IMG/VR virus record: IMGVR_UViG_3300027687_000007
Direction: 5' to 3' (one strand)
DNA length: 64,000 bases
Source of the DNA: an uncultured virus (IMG/VR IMGVR_UViG_3300027687_000007)
Lineage: Duplodnaviria > Heunggongvirae > Uroviricota > Caudoviricetes > Crassvirales
A program made the translations under genes and the position numbers. Shown here piece after piece: positions 58,768 through 64,000 of this stretch. Position 1 is the first letter of the stretch. Each line of letters starts with the position of its first letter. A model generated the notes under the pieces. That model was given only the letters and a program-made list of their open reading frames with translations, was not told the origin of the DNA and did not search any database.

Positions 58768-58905
58768 ATGCCTAACATTAAACTAACAAAAAGCGATTGT
58801 ACTTTTGTACACTATGTACTAAGAATGTACGCACAACAGACACCTGGAATGGACGCAGAAGATAAAGCAGAAATAAGAGATGTCGCAAATAAATTTAAAC
58901 TATGA
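58768..58905 (+). CDS. hypothetical early protein
   Basis: likely start MPNIKLTK inside track ORF 58714. Confidence 0.55.
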   Translation: MPNIKLTKSDCTFVHYVLRMYAQQTPGMDAEDKAEIRDVANKFKL

Positions 58906-59126
58906 GTAAAATGAGTGAACTAGATCAAATAGCGCAAGGCGTAGCAGATCACATGAAAGAATTAACGTATGATAGCGTTACATGGCAAATATCAGATCAA
59001 CCTGTAGACGGTGATAACTTTAACGATCTACATAGTATGGTAATGAAGAAAGCCGTAGAATATCTATATATAGATGTAGTAATTGGTGGTAAGCAAAATG
59101 TTGCAGGTCCATTACAAACAAAATAA
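58902..59126 (+). CDS. hypothetical early protein
   Basis: ORF track, ATGA overlap. Confidence 0.6.
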   Translation: MSKMSELDQIAQGVADHMKELTYDSVTWQISDQPVDGDNFNDLHSMVMKKAVEYLYIDVVIGGKQNVAGPLQTK

Positions 59127-59154
59127 TATCATAATCAGATAATATAAATGTAAC
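59112..59154 (+). promoter_or_regulatory. early promoter-like repeat 5
   Basis: full consensus match. Confidence 0.75.
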
Positions 59155-59171
59155 AAATAAAAATAAATAAT

Positions 59172-59360
59172 ATGTATTGTAGATGCGGAAGTAATGTTCA
59201 TCAAGTAAGAATTAATCTAGGTTATAAGACGTGTATGCCTTGTAGTACAACACAGACATACTCTTATGTTCCTATAATAGAACACAAAACCGGCAACACA
59301 ATACAAATTGTCAGCCAAGAAGTCAGTGCATCCGTGCACCGTGCTTGGCGACGTAAGTAG
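59172..59360 (+). CDS. C4 zinc-finger protein, DksA/TraR-finger-like
   Basis: CRCG..V...R...GYKTCMPCS. Confidence 0.6.
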   Translation: MYCRCGSNVHQVRINLGYKTCMPCSTTQTYSYVPIIEHKTGNTIQIVSQEVSASVHRAWRRK

Positions 59361-59564
59361 CTAGACGAGTAGCTTAATTAGGATTTAGGTGGGCGAATGC
59401 TGTAAAGATACCACGACAAATGGTACCTAAATTACATAAGTGAATTGCTAGTTACAAATGTGCAGCGAATAAATAACGTGTGTGATATGGAGGTACAAAG
59501 TATAGACAAATGTCGAACTCCCATCGGATGGATAACCGTAACACTAGCAAATGACTGCACACAC

Positions 59565-59642
59565 GGGGGTGACTTGGTATTGACGTGATAGAAAGCCTAT
59601 ATGGAACTATTGCGGAAGACAGTTCGAATCTGTCCACCTCCA
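59565..59642 (+). ncRNA. tmRNA-like RNA consisting only of the tRNA-like domain
   Basis: acceptor GGGGGTG/CACCTCC+A with G3:U70, stemless D region ending TTGAC, 7-bp helix, T arm GACAG-TTCGAAT-CTGTC. Confidence 0.75.
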
Positions 59643-59645
59643 CTT

Positions 59646-59718
59646 CGCGCTGTAGAGCAGTGGCCAGCTCGTCGGGCTCATAACCCGAAGGTCGTCGGTT
59701 CGAATCCGGCCAGCGCAA
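59646..59718 (+). tRNA. initiator tRNA-fMet (CAT)
   Basis: cloverleaf, C1:A72 mismatch, GGG/CCC anticodon stem around CTCATAA, TTCGAAT loop; no encoded CCA. Confidence 0.95.
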
Positions 59719-59733
59719 CTAAAAAATTAAATT

Positions 59734-60207
59734 ATGAGTACAAGAAACGTAACTATGGTAGTCCATAGATCAGAATCAGAAAAATATGTCAAAGGTTTTG
59801 CAGTTGATCCAAGCGATGTGGCTGACAAAAGCTATGTAAACATGTACTTACATCATGACGGTTACCCTGAATACCAAGGTGTTCAAATAGCTAACTGGAT
59901 AAAGTATATGCAAAATGACAAAGGTTTTACAAACTTTGGTGATGGTTCAAGAATAGCTTCACACTTGGTTAAAGACATGCATTATAACTCACAATACTTA
60001 TATCCTAGCGTAGATTTTATCGACCACAATTACACTTATATTATATGGGTAGGTAAATCTGACGTATGGGTAAGTTGTTGGAACCAACACACTAACACTT
60101 GTGTATTTGTATCAACACCTGATAAGATAATTAAAAAATATTCCCGACTAGATACCATGGAATATACAGACTGGAGTTACAAACAAAATAATATAACTAA
60201 CAGATAA
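59734..60207 (+). CDS. conserved phage protein (Y.H.DGYP motif)
   Basis: MSTR...YLHHDGYPE...YTYII. Confidence 0.7.
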   Translation: MSTRNVTMVVHRSESEKYVKGFAVDPSDVADKSYVNMYLHHDGYPEYQGVQIANWIKYMQNDKGFTNFGDGSRIASHLVKDMHYNSQYLYPSVDFIDHNYTYIIWVGKSDVWVSCWNQHTNTCVFVSTPDKIIKKYSRLDTMEYTDWSYKQNNITNR

Positions 60208-60219
60208 TATAATAAACAA
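60177..60219 (+). promoter_or_regulatory. early promoter-like repeat 6
   Basis: TTACAAACAAAATA-N10-CAGATAATATAA. Confidence 0.7.
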
Positions 60220-60226
60220 ACAAACA

Positions 60227-60448
60227 ATGCAAAAATTAAATCTTTACGACAGGCTAAAGCCTGAGTACAAAACAAGTATTGACAAACAATACAACAAAGA
60301 CAATAGAAAGTTTCAACACGAAGCTTTAATCAGAGCGCTTAGCAGCGAATATTACTTTACTGAAGTAAGATACGGCGACGCATTTGATATTATGAATTCA
60401 TGCAATCTAGATTTTCTAGGTGACGCATTTAACAAACAAGAACTATGA
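60227..60448 (+). CDS. hypothetical protein
   Basis: NLYDRLKPEYK. Confidence 0.65.
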   Translation: MQKLNLYDRLKPEYKTSIDKQYNKDNRKFQHEALIRALSSEYYFTEVRYGDAFDIMNSCNLDFLGDAFNKQEL

Positions 60449-60942
60449 GTGATACAATTAAAAAATGGCATGAAATGCAAGAAGAAAAAGAAATAAAATA
60501 CATTACAGACGAGCTTATAGAAAAAGGCATGATCGAATTAGGTTACGGTGAAATATCGTCTCATTGTGCAGAAACTGTAAAATCAAAAGTGTTAGATCAT
60601 TATGGTGTGAAGTTTACAGATAATATGATGCAAGCAGACTTTAGTGTATACGAAGAGACTACAGCTGATGGTTATTCAGTGTGGATTGCTACGCATGACA
60701 TTAACTCTATAAATATCGGTGATGACGTTCATTATTATGATGGTGATCTTGGTGACAAACTAGCAGATTTTATAGAATATTCTAATGGTGACGTAGAATT
60801 TCCAGAATTAATACACGTTGATGATGAGTATGATGATTGGGTTGTTGAGTGTATAAATGATATGTACTTGCACTTAGCTGAATTAAATGAACAAGACGTG
60901 ATAGATGACTTAATAGACAAAGGTTACATAGAAAAAACATAA
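60445..60942 (+). CDS. highly acidic hypothetical protein
   Basis: 165 aa, Asp/Glu-rich. Confidence 0.65.
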   Translation: MSDTIKKWHEMQEEKEIKYITDELIEKGMIELGYGEISSHCAETVKSKVLDHYGVKFTDNMMQADFSVYEETTADGYSVWIATHDINSINIGDDVHYYDGDLGDKLADFIEYSNGDVEFPELIHVDDEYDDWVVECINDMYLHLAELNEQDVIDDLIDKGYIEKT

Positions 60943-60943
60943 T

Positions 60944-61189
60944 ATGACAGACAAAGAATTAAACAAGCTAGCAGATTTTATATCCGAAAGAATTATAAAA
61001 GAAATGAACAAAATGTTTCAATTTAGCGAGCATGATCCTGAAGAAGCTGAAGAACAAAAGCTTTTAGCAGAACTAGCTACAGCTATGACAGAACTAGATT
61101 ATAATTTAGAAAAAGAAAATTATGCTCAGTGTGAAAGATTAAAAAACAAAATATACGTAATAGAAAATAAACTAAATAAATTTAAATAA
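60944..61189 (+). CDS. small protein with UVR-like coiled coil
   Basis: EKENYAQCERLKNKI resembles the UvrB/C motif. Confidence 0.55.
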   Translation: MTDKELNKLADFISERIIKEMNKMFQFSEHDPEEAEEQKLLAELATAMTELDYNLEKENYAQCERLKNKIYVIENKLNKFK

Positions 61190-61190
61190 T

Positions 61191-62039
61191 ATGATAAAAC
61201 CAATGCTCGCATACAAAGTAGACAAAAAACCTGTCGACTGGTCCGAGAATGTATACATGCAACCTAAGCTTGACGGCGTTCGTTGTGTAATTAAACTCGG
61301 CGACAATAATGAAGTACAAGCTTTTTCACGTACAGGTAAACCGTGGCTTAACATAGCCCACATTACTAATTCATTACATTATTTCTTTACACAACACCCT
61401 GATATTATACTTGACGGTGAGCTGTATAATCATGATCTAAGAGACGATTTTAATAAGATCATATCATTAGTCAGAAAAACTAAACCAACGCCATCTGACA
61501 GAGATGAGGCATCTAAATTAGTACAATTTCATTGCTATGACTACATAGAAACTGTAATGAATCAACCTTATGGTTATAGAGCAGGTCAATTAATAAATTC
61601 TGATATGTACAGTTATTGTGTTTGTTATGTAAATTCAAAATTAGCTACGTCTAGAGAAACTGCTAACATTATACATCAACAAAACTTAAACAATGGCTAT
61701 GAAGGTTCTATACTAAGACTAGACAAGCCTTATGAATGTAAGCGTTCTTACAACTTACAAAAATTCAAAGACTTTCATGACACAGAAGCTCTTATCGTAG
61801 GCTACGAAGCAGGTAAAGGCAAGCGCGAAGGCACTCTAGGTAAGTTCTTAATGCAAGATGACGATGGCAACAAGTTCGGTTGTCCTCCAGGCAAAGGCTT
61901 TACTTACAAAATGCTTGCAGCTATACAAGACAATATTCATGACTACATTGGCAAGCGTGCTACATTTACGTATTTCGAACGTACACCAGCTGGTAGTTAC
62001 AGACATCCATTTTACAAAGCTCTACGTAACTATGAGTAA
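61191..62039 (+). CDS. ATP-dependent DNA ligase
   Basis: PMLA, QPKLDGVR, LDGELY, YEGSILR, KFKDF, OB-fold RHP. Confidence 0.93.
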   Translation: MIKPMLAYKVDKKPVDWSENVYMQPKLDGVRCVIKLGDNNEVQAFSRTGKPWLNIAHITNSLHYFFTQHPDIILDGELYNHDLRDDFNKIISLVRKTKPTPSDRDEASKLVQFHCYDYIETVMNQPYGYRAGQLINSDMYSYCVCYVNSKLATSRETANIIHQQNLNNGYEGSILRLDKPYECKRSYNLQKFKDFHDTEALIVGYEAGKGKREGTLGKFLMQDDDGNKFGCPPGKGFTYKMLAAIQDNIHDYIGKRATFTYFERTPAGSYRHPFYKALRNYE

Positions 62040-62142
62040 GTTAATATATCAATTATATAACGATAACATGATAAGCGAAGAAGTAGTACACTTATTATTA
62101 GATGCACATTACAATAGAGTTAATAAGACTAAATACAGATGA
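62032..62142 (+). CDS. 36-aa hypothetical protein
   Basis: MSKLIYQLYNDNMIS..., internal start of track ORF 61858. Confidence 0.5.
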   Translation: MSKLIYQLYNDNMISEEVVHLLLDAHYNRVNKTKYR

Positions 62143-62264
62143 AAAGAAGAAAATTATACAAACATATGGAAGGCAACGATTCCTTCGGAATTAGAACTAA
62201 AATTAAAAATTTTACTAAACCAAGGGTGACAAAAGCCCCTAATAGTACTAAAGTAAGACCCTAA
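62139..62264 (+). CDS. 41-aa basic hypothetical protein (not in ORF track)
   Basis: MKRRKLYKHMEGNDSFG...; ATGA and TAATG couplings. Confidence 0.4.
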   Translation: MKRRKLYKHMEGNDSFGIRTKIKNFTKPRVTKAPNSTKVRP

Positions 62265-62270
62265 TGTCAC
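62226..62270 (+). promoter_or_regulatory. 45-bp GTGACA-N33-TGTCAC element, copy 2, overlapping the start codon at 62264
   Basis: GTGACAAAAGCC...AAGTAA...CCTAATGTCAC. Confidence 0.65.
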
Positions 62271-62878
62271 AAACTAGAAACATGAAATGGTTGAATGATC
62301 GTAGAATAAGGTATCGACAAGACCCTATCAACGACAAACCAACTGAAGAAACCGCTTTGTATAGATACTATGAAAATGGTACATACGAGTGCTATCACTT
62401 GTTTCGTAGTAAAGCAAAGATTACGACATACAAATCTTTAAAATGGCATTACCTTGTTTTATATTATTTAAATGATACTTTATTAGTTGGAACATTTCGT
62501 TACATTGCAAACAAAGAGAACGGATTTGTTACATTTTTTATTAGTGACAAAAAACTAGATGAAATGATAAACGATGTTATTAAATACGGTGGTGAAGCAC
62601 CAATAAACAAGATACGTAAGATAATATTTAAAGACTATAGCGGATTAACACTTAACGAGAAGATGAGTATCGTAGGTAAACTAGTAGGTAGATCAAGCAG
62701 GGTAGACGAAGAGGCTATTTATCAATGCATGTTAGATTTGAACCATGATGGTAAGAATATAACGTGGTCAAAAATAGCGGGTCTACTTGATTGCTCTACA
62801 AGAACAATTCAACGTAAACTAACAAAACAGTTAAAAGACGAAAAACAAATACTAAATATGAAATATGAAGAAATATAA
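62264..62878 (+). CDS. DNA-binding protein with C-terminal HTH (possible replication initiator)
   Basis: ITWSKIAGLLDCSTRTIQRKL helix-turn-helix. Confidence 0.65.
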   Translation: MSQTRNMKWLNDRRIRYRQDPINDKPTEETALYRYYENGTYECYHLFRSKAKITTYKSLKWHYLVLYYLNDTLLVGTFRYIANKENGFVTFFISDKKLDEMINDVIKYGGEAPINKIRKIIFKDYSGLTLNEKMSIVGKLVGRSSRVDEEAIYQCMLDLNHDGKNITWSKIAGLLDCSTRTIQRKLTKQLKDEKQILNMKYEEI

Positions 62879-63620
62879 CGTGCAAAATTACGTAAGATAC
62901 AAAAAAGATTTAAAAAGATCTATGCCTAACGAAAAAGATTATATCCTCTACACTAGAGATGAACTTATAGTTAAGTTTATGCCATTAGTAGAGAATTTAG
63001 CTAGAAAGTTTTCATCTACGCAACAAGCTTCAGGTGTTTTAAGCATAAATGATTTAATACAAGACGGTAACAAAGGTCTTGTTTTAGCGGTAGACAGATT
63101 AGATTGGAATATGCTAGGCGAATCAGAAGATATTGAAAAAACCTTGAAATCATTTTTTAGCAAAAGAATCAAAGGATCAATACGAAGAGCAATAGATATT
63201 AATAGAGGTGACATACGTATACCAGAGCATAAGTTAAACGAAATACGTAAAAATCCTAAAGACAAAGTAATGGTTGCTATGTTTTTTAATAGTATATTTC
63301 TAAGCATAGACGCTCAGGTTACTAATGATGACGAGGATAACATGATGCATCAAATACCTGATAAATCAGAACCTTACAATATACAGTTATTAAATGTATA
63401 TTTAAAAGGTTTAATGGAAAAATTCTTAGATAATAATGAATACGAAGTATTAAGGTTATCTTATGGATTAGACTGCAATAAGCACTCTGCTTTAGAAATA
63501 GCAAAAAGTTTAAATATCAACGGAATAAGCTCTTATGTAAGAGTATCAGAGCTTAAAAAACAAGCTGTACAAAAATTAATTGACAATGTAGATCACTCGC
63601 AAGTGCTTGACATCGTGTAA
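62865..63620 (+). CDS. phage sigma-70 family RNA polymerase sigma factor
   Basis: LIVKFMPLVENLARKF, DLIQDGNKGLVLAVDR, IRIPEH, region 4 VLRLSYGL...EIAKSL. Confidence 0.88.
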   Translation: MKKYNVQNYVRYKKDLKRSMPNEKDYILYTRDELIVKFMPLVENLARKFSSTQQASGVLSINDLIQDGNKGLVLAVDRLDWNMLGESEDIEKTLKSFFSKRIKGSIRRAIDINRGDIRIPEHKLNEIRKNPKDKVMVAMFFNSIFLSIDAQVTNDDEDNMMHQIPDKSEPYNIQLLNVYLKGLMEKFLDNNEYEVLRLSYGLDCNKHSALEIAKSLNINGISSYVRVSELKKQAVQKLIDNVDHSQVLDIV

Positions 63621-63671
63621 GTTAATATAAATACATGTAATTATAATAATAAGCAATTTAAATAACAACGA

Positions 63672-64000
63672 ATGAACATAAACGAAAAATTAGCGACAAT
63701 CCAAACAAAGTTTAAATCGAAGAAAAGTAGATTTAACTCCTTCGGCAAGTACAACTTCAGATCAGCCGAAGACATCCTTGAAGCAACAAAACCCTTTCTA
63801 TTAGAGTTAGGAGTATCAGTAACAATTAATGAAGACATACAAGAAATTGGCGGACTATTGGTGATGACATCAACAGCAGACTTATATGACGGTAAAGATT
63901 CAATTAGCGCAAGAGCTATGGTTGGTGTAGATTTAAATCAAAAAGGTATGAACGTACCTCAACAATTTGGCTCAGCATCATCTTATGCAAAAAAATATGC
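63672..64000 (+). CDS. ERF-family single-strand annealing protein, partial (runs off window)
   Basis: MNINEKLATIQTKFK...NSFGKYNFRSAEDILEATKP...QQFGSASSYAKKY. Confidence 0.85.
   Translation, partial: MNINEKLATIQTKFKSKKSRFNSFGKYNFRSAEDILEATKPFLLELGVSVTINEDIQEIGGLLVMTSTADLYDGKDSISARAMVGVDLNQKGMNVPQQFGSASSYAKKY

Noticed and set aside
59547..59588. GCA AAT GAC (AND...) as a tmRNA tag resume codon upstream of the mini-tmRNA
   Set aside because: Wrong position, runs into the acceptor stem, and has no ALAA-type ending
59452..59718. 88-aa minus-strand ORF
   Set aside because: Antisense shadow of the tRNA and tmRNA-like genes
55698..60219. 43-bp repeats as a CRISPR array
   Set aside because: Copies are hundreds to thousands of bases apart, separated by genes, and have a variable centre
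1..64000. Stop-codon reassignment as in some crAss-like phages; prophage or integrase
   Set aside because: Long genes are intact in the standard code, all three stops are used, and no suppressor tRNA, integrase or host genes are seen

Overview
A 64 kb, AT-rich piece of a lytic podovirus-type phage genome. The host is very probably Bacteroidota/Flavobacteriia: there are no Shine-Dalgarno sites, starts are A-rich, the portal/capsid/tail-ring/muzzle block looks crAss-like, and GroEL/GroES are encoded. Three blocks are visible. (1) 1-6875 (+): replication and nucleotide metabolism (helicase C-terminus, a T4 gp42-like dCMP-modifying thymidylate-synthase homologue, a GIY-YIG/MazG fusion, a resolvase-like nuclease, nrdB, nrdA), ending at a bidirectional terminator. 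(2) 6957-55393 (-): late genes (endolysin and holins, a 2944-aa multidomain cargo protein, tail, capsid, scaffold, portal, terminase, small SP-motif proteins, a zinc protease, chaperonins, tail fibres). (3) 55400-64000 (+): an early region with six copies of a 43-bp promoter-like motif, many tiny ORFs, an RNA cluster, DNA ligase, an HTH protein, a sigma factor and an ERF-like protein. The most notable observations are: a 78-nt tmRNA-like RNA with no mRNA domain; a sigma-like domain inside the giant cargo protein that could serve the phage-specific early promoters; a probable cytosine-modification module; a family of modular proteins punctuated by an SP-hydrophobic motif, one with an A9 -1 frameshift; a 220-nt G-free tract; and two inverted 45-bp sites bracketing the early region. 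All calls come from reading motifs by eye; no searches were run.
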